A stretch of DNA of 64,000 bases from Thecamonas trahens ATCC 50062 (lineage: Eukaryota; Protista; Apusomonadida): assembly GCF_000142905.1 (NCBI RefSeq), contig NW_013657678.1:616871-680870 (forward strand). Reading direction: 5' to 3'. A program made the position numbers and the translations under genes. Positions 1 through 8,729 of this stretch are shown in pieces (within the stretch, counting starts at the first letter, position 1; every line of letters starts with the position of its first letter). Under the pieces are notes generated by a model. That model saw only the letters and a program-made list of their open reading frames with translations, did no database searches and had not been told where the DNA came from.

Positions 1-2346
1 GGTTGCGCCCGACGACGCGCCCTTGCGCCACAGCCCGCGGCTCCGCGACCAGTAAACGCCAGCGCGCTCATCGACAGCGGTGCGGATCGAGGCCTTTGAC
101 GAGTAGACTTGGCCGAGGAGCTGGCCGCGACAGTCAACGACGACGGTGGGGAAGAGGCCGTCGGCGCGATCCGAGACGAGCGGGGCGGCGATGGCGTCTC
201 CAAGTGAGAGCTCACCCGAGTAGAGCGACATGCCGACCTGGCCCATGGCGCCGAGGGCGTAGAGGTCGGCAAGGTCAGCAGGCGAGGTGATGCCGCCGGC
301 AATGGTGAGCGAGAGCGGGAGGCCGAGGGAAGTCGAGGCGGCAGCAATGACGGCGACAAGGTCGGCAATGGCGGAGCGGTCGATGCCAACCATGCGGCCC
401 TCGCGCTCGACAAAGGTGACGAGGAAGCCGGAGCAGTACGGCGCGAGGGCGGTGACCCGGTCTGCAACCGACTCGCCGGTCTTGGTCGTCCACCCGTCCA
501 CCACTACCTCGCCGTGAACGGCGTCGAGGGCGACGAGGACGCGATCGCGCGGGAGCTGGGCGAGGAGTTCGGGGCTAGCGGCGGTGCCGATGATGACCGA
601 GCGGGCGCCGGCCTGGAGGTAGTCGAGGGCGGCGTCGACGGAGCGAATGCCACCACCGACTCGGCATGGGTAGCGCTTGCAGAGCTCGACGATGGCGTCC
701 TTGTTGGAGCCACGCGAGAGGGCGGCGTCGAGGTCGATGACCGCGATCTCGCCGGCGAGGGCAAACTTGGCTGCAAGGGCGTCGAGCTCGCTGCCGGCGT
801 CGATCTTGAGCTTCTCGGGATCACCGCCGACAAGCTGGACAGCACGGCCGCCCATGAGGTCGATGGAGGGAACGACGGCCTGCGGCGGCGGTGAGAGGTG
901 GAGCTTGGTCGCGGCGTCGGGTGCAAACGACGGCGGGCGGACCGAGAGCGACGGATCCAGGAGCGAGAGGGCCGATTTGATCGAGCCGACGGTGTAGTCG
1001 CCGTAGTGGAAGATGGATGCCGCGAGGAGGGCATCGGCGCCGGCGGCGATGGCGGCGACCATGTGCTCCGGCGACGAGGCGCCGCCCGAGGCAACAACCG
1101 GGATTGAGACGGCGGCGGAGACGGCGGCGAGGAGCTTGGTGTCGTAGCCGGAGCGGGTGCCGTCGCGGTCAAACGAGGTGAGGAGAATCTCGCCGGCGCC
1201 GGCGGCGGCGGCGCGGGCGGCCCACTCGATGGCATCGATGCCAGTCCGCTCCGAGCCGGACTTGACGACAACCTCCCAGCCGGAGGCCGTCGAGTCAGCC
1301 GAGCGTGCGTCGACGGCAATGACGATGCACTGCGAGCCAAAGCGGGAGGCGAGGCGGGAGATGAGCGCCGGGTCACGGACGGCGGCGGTGTTGACGGCGA
1401 TCTTGTCGGCGCCGGCCTCGAGTAGGGCCTGGGCCGAGTCGACGGAGCGGACGCCGCCGCCGACGGTCATGGGGAGGAGGACAGAAGCACGGAGGGACCG
1501 GATCATGTCGAGGGCGGTGGCACGGGCTTCGGGCGTGGCGGAGATGTCGAGAATGACCAGCTCGTCGGCGCCCTGGGCCTCGTAGGCGCGGGCAAGCTCG
1601 ACGGGATCGCCGGCGTCGCGCAGGCCTTCAAACTGGACGCCCTTGACTACGCGGCCGTCCTTGCAGTCGAGGCAGGGGATGATGCGGCGGGTGTGCGGCG
1701 GGGCGATGGGATCCGGGACCGGAAGCGGGGCGCGCGCGAGGTCGACAAATGCCTTGAGGATGGCGAGACCGAACGAGCCCGAGAGTTCAGGGTGGAACTG
1801 GGTGGCGAGGACGTTGCCGCGCTGGAGGGCAGCGACGTAGTCGGAGCCGTAAGAGGCGATGGCAGCGGACCAGCCGAGCGGAACGGATCGGAGGCAGAAC
1901 GAGTTGGAGAAAAAGGCGTAGCCCGGTCGAGAAATAATGTCGCCTGCAGCAGACGCCATAGGCTTGACCTTTGCCCATCCCTGCTGTGGAATGGGCCGCG
2001 AGGCGACGTTGTCAAACTTGACGACGTTGGCGCTAGCCAAGACACCGAGGCCATTGACGCCGGGAGACTCGTCAGAGCAAGCAGCGAGAATTTGGAGACC
2101 GACGCAAACAAACAAAGTAGGAAGGTTGCTAGCGAGACGGGCCTTGATGGCATCGATGAGGCCAGGGGACGAGGCAAGAGCGTCCATAGAGGCACCAAAA
2201 GTGCCCACGCCGGGAATAACAACCAGCGGAGCGCTGGCTACGTCAGCCGACTCGATCGAGGTCCTTGGCTTGGCGCCAGCCCGCTTGAGTGAGGCTGCCA
2301 CAGAGGCCACGTTAGCCACTCCCGTACATACAATCACAGTGTCCAT
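1..2346 (-). CDS. Multifunctional histidine biosynthesis polyprotein HisH-HisF-HisA-HisI (3' end runs off the window, 782 codons visible)
   Basis: Absent from the ORF track because there is no stop in the window. Manual translation from ATG at 2346 stays open to base 1. HisH glutaminase (~2346-1740): MDTVIVVRTGVANVASV, PGVGTF, VCVGLQ nucleophile, QFHPE. HisF cyclase (~1696-965): RRIIPCLDCKDGRVVKGVQF, GADELVILDI, TVGGGVRS, GAGEILLTSFDRDGTRSGYD, PVVASGG, ALLAASIFH. HisA-type barrel (~880-200): VVPSIDLMGGRAVQLVGG, VGGGIRS, VALDA, IAGGITS. HisI (~175-1): DRADGLFPTVVVD...GVYWSRSRGLWRKGASSGAT. Confidence 0.93.
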   Translation of the reverse strand, partial: MDTVIVCTGVANVASVAASLKRAGAKPRTSIESADVASAPLVVIPGVGTFGASMDALASSPGLIDAIKARLASNLPTLFVCVGLQILAACSDESPGVNGLGVLASANVVKFDNVASRPIPQQGWAKVKPMASAAGDIISRPGYAFFSNSFCLRSVPLGWSAAIASYGSDYVAALQRGNVLATQFHPELSGSFGLAILKAFVDLARAPLPVPDPIAPPHTRRIIPCLDCKDGRVVKGVQFEGLRDAGDPVELARAYEAQGADELVILDISATPEARATALDMIRSLRASVLLPMTVGGGVRSVDSAQALLEAGADKIAVNTAAVRDPALISRLASRFGSQCIVIAVDARSADSTASGWEVVVKSGSERTGIDAIEWAARAAAAGAGEILLTSFDRDGTRSGYDTKLLAAVSAAVSIPVVASGGASSPEHMVAAIAAGADALLAASIFHYGDYTVGSIKSALSLLDPSLSVRPPSFAPDAATKLHLSPPPQAVVPSIDLMGGRAVQLVGGDPEKLKIDAGSELDALAAKFALAGEIAVIDLDAALSRGSNKDAIVELCKRYPCRVGGGIRSVDAALDYLQAGARSVIIGTAASPELLAQLPRDRVLVALDAVHGEVVVDGWTTKTGESVADRVTALAPYCSGFLVTFVEREGRMVGIDRSAIADLVAVIAAASTSLGLPLSLTIAGGITSPADLADLYALGAMGQVGMSLYSGELSLGDAIAAPLVSDRADGLFPTVVVDCRGQLLGQVYSSKASIRTAVDERAGVYWSRSRGLWRKGASSGAT

Positions 2347-2905
2347 GTTGTTGCGCGAGCGAGACGTTGCTGAAAAAGAAGTTGCAGTCCGCTAGGTTAG
2401 CGGAGACGAGGAGTGTGGCGACGTGCGGAGGGATCGTGGCGACGCGTGCGGATGGCATTTTTTTAACCATCCGCAACTTTCCATTCGAATGTTCTAGCTC
2501 TGCTACCCCTACTCACACCTCCTGCAAGCGGGAGAGAGCTTGCAAAGGAAGGAAAAGTGAATGCTGAGGTGCAAGGAGCAAGGATAATGCCAAATGTTGG
2601 AGTGTGGTACGTGTAAAGGCGGCAGTCAACGGAGGGGATGAGTATGATGTTCAAGATCACGAGCAAGAAAGTTAGCTTAGAATTGGCGGTGGAGCCGCTG
2701 TCACAGCGCAGGCCACTCACTCACATACCTGTCTGCAGACCAGTTGTATGTGGGCGGGGTGAAGTGGGGCAAAAAGAGGGGGGAGGGGGACACCGTGGGC
2801 AGATACTCATAGTGGTATGTTGGTGGGACTGGGATGCTGCGGGTGGGCGCACTGGCTGGCTGGCTGGCTGACTGGCTGGCTGGCTGGCTGGCGTGCTGGT
2901 AATCG
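2347..2905. promoter_or_regulatory. Putative bidirectional promoter between the two divergent His fusion genes
   Basis: 559-nt lower-GC spacer between the ATG at 2346 (-) and the ATG at 2906 (+). Promoter function is inferred from geometry only. Confidence 0.55.
2852..2891. repeat. (CTGG)n microsatellite
   Basis: About 10 near-perfect CTGG units ending ~14 nt upstream of the HisC ATG. Confidence 0.85.
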
Positions 2906-4780
2906 ATGGCTCAGATGGCGAGGTTCATTCGTGACGACCTCGCGAGCGCCCGCTACAAGGGCGTAGAGTCGATCGAGGCGCTGGCTGACGAGCTCGGCAT
3001 TGCGGTCTCGTCGATCATCAAGCTCAATGCCAATGAGAACCAGTACGGGGTGCCCGAGGCGTGTGCGGCAGCGATGAGCGCCGCCATCAACGTCACCACC
3101 CATGTGTATCCGGATCCAAGCCAGGCCAAGCTCCGGGGTGCCGTGGCAGAGCTGCATGAGCTCGGGCCCGAGTCTGTTGTTGCCGGTGCTGGCTCGGACG
3201 ACATTCTCGACATTATTCTGCGCGCGACTGCGCCCAAGATTGTGGCCTACGCGCCGCCGACCTTTGGCATGTACTCCTTCCTCGCCAAGGTCAACGGTTC
3301 GATCGAGCAGGTGCTCATTGAGAGAACGCCCGAGTTTGGCGTCACGGCCGCGTCCGTTATCGCGAGTGTGAGCGAGGCGCTCGCTGACGGCGGCCACGGC
3401 GTCGTCTTTCTACCATCGCCCAACAACCCGACCGGCAACCTGGTGGCACTCGGCGAGGTGCGTGCCATGTGTGCCGCGCTCCCGAACGCCATCATTGTTC
3501 TCGACGAGGCGTACATCGACTTTGCACCGGCCGGCGCCTCTGCCGCGGGCCTCATCGGTGAGTATGACAACCTTGTTGTCTGCCGCACCTTTTCCAAGTG
3601 GGCCGGCCTCGCCGGGACACGGATCGGGTACTGCCTCGCCGATCCTCAGCTTGTTGCCACCTTTCTCGCCATCAAGCAGCCGTACAACGTCAACTGTGCG
3701 GCAGAGGCAGGCGCGCTGGCGGCGCTCGGCGCGCGCGACGACATCCTGGCGTCGTCGGTCTCGCGGCTCATTGTCGAGCGGCGCAACGTGTTTGTCCAGC
3801 TCGCAGCGCTAGCGCCACTGGTAGTCCCGGTCCCGTCGTCGGCCAACTTTGTCCTCGCGCGCATTGCAGACACCGCGCCGCTGACTGCAGGCGAGCTTGC
3901 GTCTGCGCTCCGCGCCGCCGGCATCCTCATCCGCTACTTTAACAAGCAGGGCGGCGACCTCGAGGCTTACATCCGGATCTCGGCCGGTAAGCCGGCAGAC
4001 ACTGCGGTAGTGATAGGAAAGATCCGTGAGCTGCTGGGAGCCGCACCCGCGCCACCGCCGGTTCTCGCCAACCCAGGCATCGAGGCGGTGCTCTTCGACA
4101 TGGACGGTGTGCTCGCCGACGTCGGCGCCTCGTACCGGGCGGCCATTGTCGCCACGGCGAAAGCGTTTGGTGTCACCGTCACCGCCACCGACATCGATGC
4201 GGCCAAGGCGGCCGGCAACGCCAACAACGACTGGCTGGTAACCCGAGCGCTCATCGCCGCCAGCGACGACGCGCCGCAGCCGCTGCCGACGCTCGACGAA
4301 GTGACTTGTCAGTTTGAGGCGCTCTACCACGGCGATGGCAGCACCCGCGGCCTCTACGCCAACGAGACACTCGTGGTCGCAGCCGACTTGCTCCACTCGC
4401 TCAAACATGTTGCCGGGCTCAAGCTCGCCGTCGTTACCGGCCGCCCGCGCGATCCGGACGCCACCCGCTTCCTTGACGACTTTGGCCTCACCGGGCTCTT
4501 TGACGCCGTCATCACCATGGACGACGGCCCGGCCAAGCCATCGCCGGTCCCGATTCAACTCGCGCTTGACGCACTCGGCGTAGCACCAAGCGCCGCCATC
4601 ATGCTCGGCGACACGGTCGACGACGTCGCCGCCGCCCTCGCCGCCTCGGTCCCCGCGCTCGGCGTCATCCCACCCGGCGCTGGCGAGCCGGATGGCCTTG
4701 CCAAAGTCCTCACGCTCGCCGGCGCAAGCTACGTCATGGGCCCGGGCTGCTTCGAGCTTGCGCACCTGATCACCCGCTAG
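2906..4780 (+). CDS. hisC: Histidinol-phosphate aminotransferase (HisC) fused to a HAD-IA phosphatase (probable histidinol-phosphate phosphatase)
   Basis: HisC motifs: KLNANEN, YPDP, GAGSDD, PNNPTG, LDEAYIDF, RTFSKWAGLAGTRIGY (PLP Lys), PSSANF. After a PAPPP linker, HAD motifs: FDMDGVLADV, GNANNDW, VVTGRP, KPSP, MLGDTVDD. Confidence 0.92.
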   Translation: MAQMARFIRDDLASARYKGVESIEALADELGIAVSSIIKLNANENQYGVPEACAAAMSAAINVTTHVYPDPSQAKLRGAVAELHELGPESVVAGAGSDDILDIILRATAPKIVAYAPPTFGMYSFLAKVNGSIEQVLIERTPEFGVTAASVIASVSEALADGGHGVVFLPSPNNPTGNLVALGEVRAMCAALPNAIIVLDEAYIDFAPAGASAAGLIGEYDNLVVCRTFSKWAGLAGTRIGYCLADPQLVATFLAIKQPYNVNCAAEAGALAALGARDDILASSVSRLIVERRNVFVQLAALAPLVVPVPSSANFVLARIADTAPLTAGELASALRAAGILIRYFNKQGGDLEAYIRISAGKPADTAVVIGKIRELLGAAPAPPPVLANPGIEAVLFDMDGVLADVGASYRAAIVATAKAFGVTVTATDIDAAKAAGNANNDWLVTRALIAASDDAPQPLPTLDEVTCQFEALYHGDGSTRGLYANETLVVAADLLHSLKHVAGLKLAVVTGRPRDPDATRFLDDFGLTGLFDAVITMDDGPAKPSPVPIQLALDALGVAPSAAIMLGDTVDDVAAALAASVPALGVIPPGAGEPDGLAKVLTLAGASYVMGPGCFELAHLITR

Positions 4781-5192
4781 TCTGGTCACGAGGTAAACCG
4801 TGGAATCGTGGCACCATGCCGCAGTTCGAGCAGAAGCAGCGCGAGCACAGCGTCGACACCCAACTCGCCGCGCAACTCGACGCCAGCCAAACAGCCGCCA
4901 ACACCTCGCCCTCCCCTGCGTCTGCGGCATCAGGACACCAATCCCACACTTGGCCACCCCCTCCATCTCAGCGTCTCGCATCGCTACAGTCGCGGTCAGC
5001 AACGGTCCGATACGGTGGTGAACGAGGTCAACGAAGCGCTGGAAGATTCCTGGCGCGTGGGTGGAGACGGGCTTCCATTGAGCTTCTGCTGGCGGCAGAG
5101 TTTTTAGTGCGGGCGCCTTTGCTTTTTATTGTGGCTCCGGGTCACCCCCCTACATCGCATCTTGACCTTTCTCCCTTTCTTGGACACGGCTC

Positions 5193-6437
5193 ATGACTGA
5201 GACTGCAGAGACACCAGACTTTAGCAACTGGGATGCAGCACAGTGGGCCGAGGCGTGCTCCATCTGCTTCTCGGCCAACTGCGAGATTGCACTCCCTGAG
5301 TGCGGCGACCAGTTTTGCGGCGGCTGCCTCGGCAAGTACTTCCACGCAAAGATCGAGAGCTCATGGGGCCTCCGCGCGCAGCAGCTCGACTGTCCTGTCT
5401 GCCACGTGCCGGTGGACGAGGAGACCTGGACTGGCTTTGTCGACGATGACCACGCTACAGCGTACCACTCGTTCCAGGCCGCCCGCGATCGCGGCGTCGA
5501 GCGCTTTTGCCCGGCGCACGACTGCGGCGGGCGGCTGATCATTTCAATGGTACCTACGTCCGAAGCGGAGCGCGAGGCAGTGCTGCGGACGACGCGCCGA
5601 GAGATGCGCGCTGCAGGTGTGACGGCCGAGGCGATGGCGGCGATGGGTGCGGCCGCGGCGTCGTTTCGTGATCTGCCCGAACACGCCACAGCGGCGCTCG
5701 ACGCCGCAGTCGCAAGCTACTTTGCCGCTTTTGACGACGGCTTGTCAGGCTCAACGCTCACTGCTGAGGCCAAGGCACGGATATCGTCGGCCATCATTGG
5801 GCAACCTTCGTCGCCAGAAGTGCGCCGGGCGCTGGAGCTCGGACATCTGGTCCGATTCCCACGGGCGTTGTGTCGGGCGTGCGGGCGCCCGGCATGCTCC
5901 CACTGCGGCTCGGCGTGGCACGAAGGCGAGACGTGCGAGGCGGCAGCGGAGCGGATCGCGGCTGAGCTCGCCGACGCGCCCGAGACTGACGCTGCTGCGG
6001 CTGCCGCGCGCTCGCTTGCCTTTGTCCTTGCCTCGTCGAAGCGGTGCCCCCACTGCTCGGTCTTTGTCCAGCGCGACGACGGGTGCAACCGCATGTCATG
6101 TGTCGTCTGCTGCGGGCCGACCTGGTGCTGGGTCTGCGGCCGTACTTCAGCCGAGTGCACCTTTTACGCTTGCGCCATCAACGGGCCCAACCCGGAGGCG
6201 GCGCCTCATGCGCTCGCGGCTGCGCCTCCGGAGCTCGGCGTTCCGGACGTCACATCTGATGCGTTTGCATCGTTCACATCGCCCGAGGCTCCGCCGGCAG
6301 CACCGTCGACGACTGTTGATGCCGCCGACATCGTAGCTGCTCTTGCCATGCCTCTTTCGAGTGCGATCGTGCCCGATATCGACGAAGCCGAGCTGGAAGC
6401 GGAGCTGCAGGCGCTGGAAGCCGAGATGCTGACATAA
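5193..6437 (+). CDS. RBR (RING1-IBR-RING2) E3 ubiquitin ligase
   Basis: RING1: CSIC...CGDQFCGGC...CPVC. IBR: RFCPAHDC...CRACGRPACSHCGSAWHEGETC, interrupted by a helical insert. RING2: KRCPHC...DGCNRMSC...WCWVC with the catalytic Cys. Confidence 0.88.
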   Translation: MTETAETPDFSNWDAAQWAEACSICFSANCEIALPECGDQFCGGCLGKYFHAKIESSWGLRAQQLDCPVCHVPVDEETWTGFVDDDHATAYHSFQAARDRGVERFCPAHDCGGRLIISMVPTSEAEREAVLRTTRREMRAAGVTAEAMAAMGAAAASFRDLPEHATAALDAAVASYFAAFDDGLSGSTLTAEAKARISSAIIGQPSSPEVRRALELGHLVRFPRALCRACGRPACSHCGSAWHEGETCEAAAERIAAELADAPETDAAAAAARSLAFVLASSKRCPHCSVFVQRDDGCNRMSCVVCCGPTWCWVCGRTSAECTFYACAINGPNPEAAPHALAAAPPELGVPDVTSDAFASFTSPEAPPAAPSTTVDAADIVAALAMPLSSAIVPDIDEAELEAELQALEAEMLT

Positions 6438-6448
6438 ACCCATGTCAC

Positions 6449-8225
6449 TTACCACAGCCACCAGCTTGATGACGGACCGGCGCCGCGGTCGACGATCGGC
6501 GACGTCGCGAGCCCGAGAAAGAGCTCGCCGCTTCCGACATTGCTGAGGATCACATCCTGGAAAGCCATGACCAGCCCGTCCAAGTCGCCGGCGCTGCGAA
6601 TGAGCGTTTTTCGACTTGCGGCGCAATGGCGAGCCGTAGCTTGTGGGTGAGCAAGAGGGCGCGCGGGCAAGAGGTCGGACATGCACTGCGTGCCGACATC
6701 AGTGCCGACGTGGCGGCGACGAGCGCAGAGAGGAGTGCAGCGCGGACGCGTGTGTAGAAGGCCCAGCACTCGGAAGATGGCGCCTCGTCTGGCCCGACGC
6801 CGCGCATTGCTGCAACAAGCGGGAGCAGGAGCGCGGCGACGGCCGGCTCGTTGTAGGCCGCATGGGCTGTCTCGTCAGCGGCACAGAGGACTGCGCCAGG
6901 TGAGGAGCGGGGCGGTGGCGGGAGTGGCGGGCAGCCAGCACATCGGTGGACCCGCTCTTGAGTGAAGGCCGCCGCAAGCAGCGCGTTCCGGATCTGCGGC
7001 GGGGCAGAGGCGGCGAGCTTGCGGACCGGCAGCGTGCCAAGAAAGGCATCGACTCGTGCCGCGGCGTTTGTGGCAGCAGCAGCAACCGGGCCGCGTGGCG
7101 CATGGGCGACGAGGTCGGCAAGTTCGGCCCGGATGCAGCTGGTGCGGAGAGAAAGACCCGCCACCGAGCGGGCAGCAGCTCGCGCAGCTGCAAGCAGTGC
7201 AGTGTTGTCGGTGACGAGACAGACGTCAGGGATGCTGAGCATGCACGCGGCCGAGACGAGCAGGTCGGCATCGACCGGGTGCTCGACGTGGTCCTCGGGC
7301 GTGATCGAGAGCGCGGCGGACGACTCCACCGAGACTATTGATAGGCCAGGCCGATCGGGAAGGCCAGCGTCCGAGTCCGAGTCCGAGTCTGTCTCAAAGC
7401 CGCCCGAGTCGTCCTCGGGTACGATTGCGTCAAGGGCGGCGAGCGCGTCTTCACGCTGCTGGCGCTCGTTAGCCCGCAGCGCATACCAGTCTGCACGGGC
7501 GCGCTCGAGCGCAGCATGCCGGATGGGCAGCAACTCGGAACGCGTCGCCTCGGGGATCAGATCCAGGCCCATCAACACCAGTCGTGGCAGGGCATCGGGC
7601 TGGACAGCCACCAGTGCATTGGCAAGAGCAGTCGACCAAAAGTCGCCGGCCACCACCAGTGTCGACTGCTCATACAGCGAGAAGCACAACAGGACCAGAT
7701 CCGGGCTTGCGCGCGCAACCAAAGCGTCCATCGCTGTCTGATTGTACGCCTCGGAACCAGCCGCCACAGTCAGTTCGAGCTCGAGCGGCGGGAGCGCGGA
7801 CCGCGGCGGTGGATCAAGGCGGATGGCCGAGCTGGTGGCCCCGGACTCACCTCCTGTCTCGATCGGCACCAGCAGATCACCAGCGGTGGGCTCGATCCCT
7901 CGCAGCAGCGACATAAGCGCATGCTTGCCGACGCCTACGCCACCATTCTCCATCATACCAATGCCAACGCCGATGTATTTGCCGATGCCAATGCCGAGCC
8001 AATCACCCCCCATCGACCACACCACACCATTGTTCCATTCCATTCAGAGTGAGTGACATCGCCACTCGGCGCGTCGTCACCACCCACACCAACCAACCTG
8101 CCTAACAACAGCCCGTCAAGCAACATACCAACATCGCCTACCACCAAAACACGCGCAGTATACAGACTCTCTCCAGACTCGCCTTCCTCCAAATGTGAGC
8201 TTCCAAGTCCAAGCAGGCGCCACAT
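6449..8225 (-). CDS. Degenerate Rho/Ras-like GTPase-fold protein with long helical C-terminus (2 exons, probable frameshift near 6609)
   Basis: Exon 1 (8225-8129, MWRL...ARVLVVGDVG) spliced across GTATG...TAG intron 8128-7935 to VGKHAL gives the P-loop GDVGVGKH. It also has DLVLLCFSL...W and LVLMGLDL, Rho-like core elements. The track ORF stops at 6550; adding one A in the 5-A run at 6607-6611 extends the frame to 6449. Confidence 0.6.
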
Positions 8226-8729
8226 GCGCGTCCTCTGTTCTCAACCCGGTGGACCGAGTGAAGTGGTCGTGTCGCACACGCGAGTGTGACGGCGGTCGAG
8301 TCGCTCGTCACGGCAAGCACCAGCTGTGTTGTCGATGACTGGCCCGCACGCCTACTGCTACGCACCAAAGGGAAAGCCGTCTCCATCGCAGGAATTCCAT
8401 TCATGATTGGTTGCCCATCATCATTGTTGTAGATCCATGGCTACGGCGAACACGCCACGATGCAACGGCACAGGGAGTTGGTGTGCGTGGTACCGTCCCT
8501 CCGCGGTCACCCCAACCTCATCAACAAGTCTCAATCCTCATCACGCCCATTCTCACTCATGACATTCCGCTACCACTGCTATGTCGGTTCATGCCGGCCT
8601 CTTTACGGCATCCAAGCAAGCTGTTTGCCATGCGGACTTCTGTCCATCGTTCTCCAGCAGCAGCTCGCAGCGACAGGCGAGCTTGCACCACACGCCACAT
8701 CGCACCACCATACTTGTCCACGACGGGCT

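Noticed and set aside
3-2395. Track ORFs over the first 2.4 kb (e.g. 504..1376 -, 1647..2222 -, 1693..2292 +)
   Set aside because: They are off-frame or antisense shadows of the real His polyprotein frame, which the track omits because it has no stop in the window.
1-4780. Bacterial contaminant or chimeric contig as the source of the His genes
   Set aside because: The genes are contiguous with clearly eukaryotic genes, have similar GC-rich codon style, are fused rather than operonic, and have a microsatellite-bearing spacer like other promoters here. A read-coverage check would settle it.
4800-5196. Small ORFs between HisC-HAD and the RBR gene
   Set aside because: No recognisable motif or consistent coding bias. 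Probably UTR or promoter sequence.
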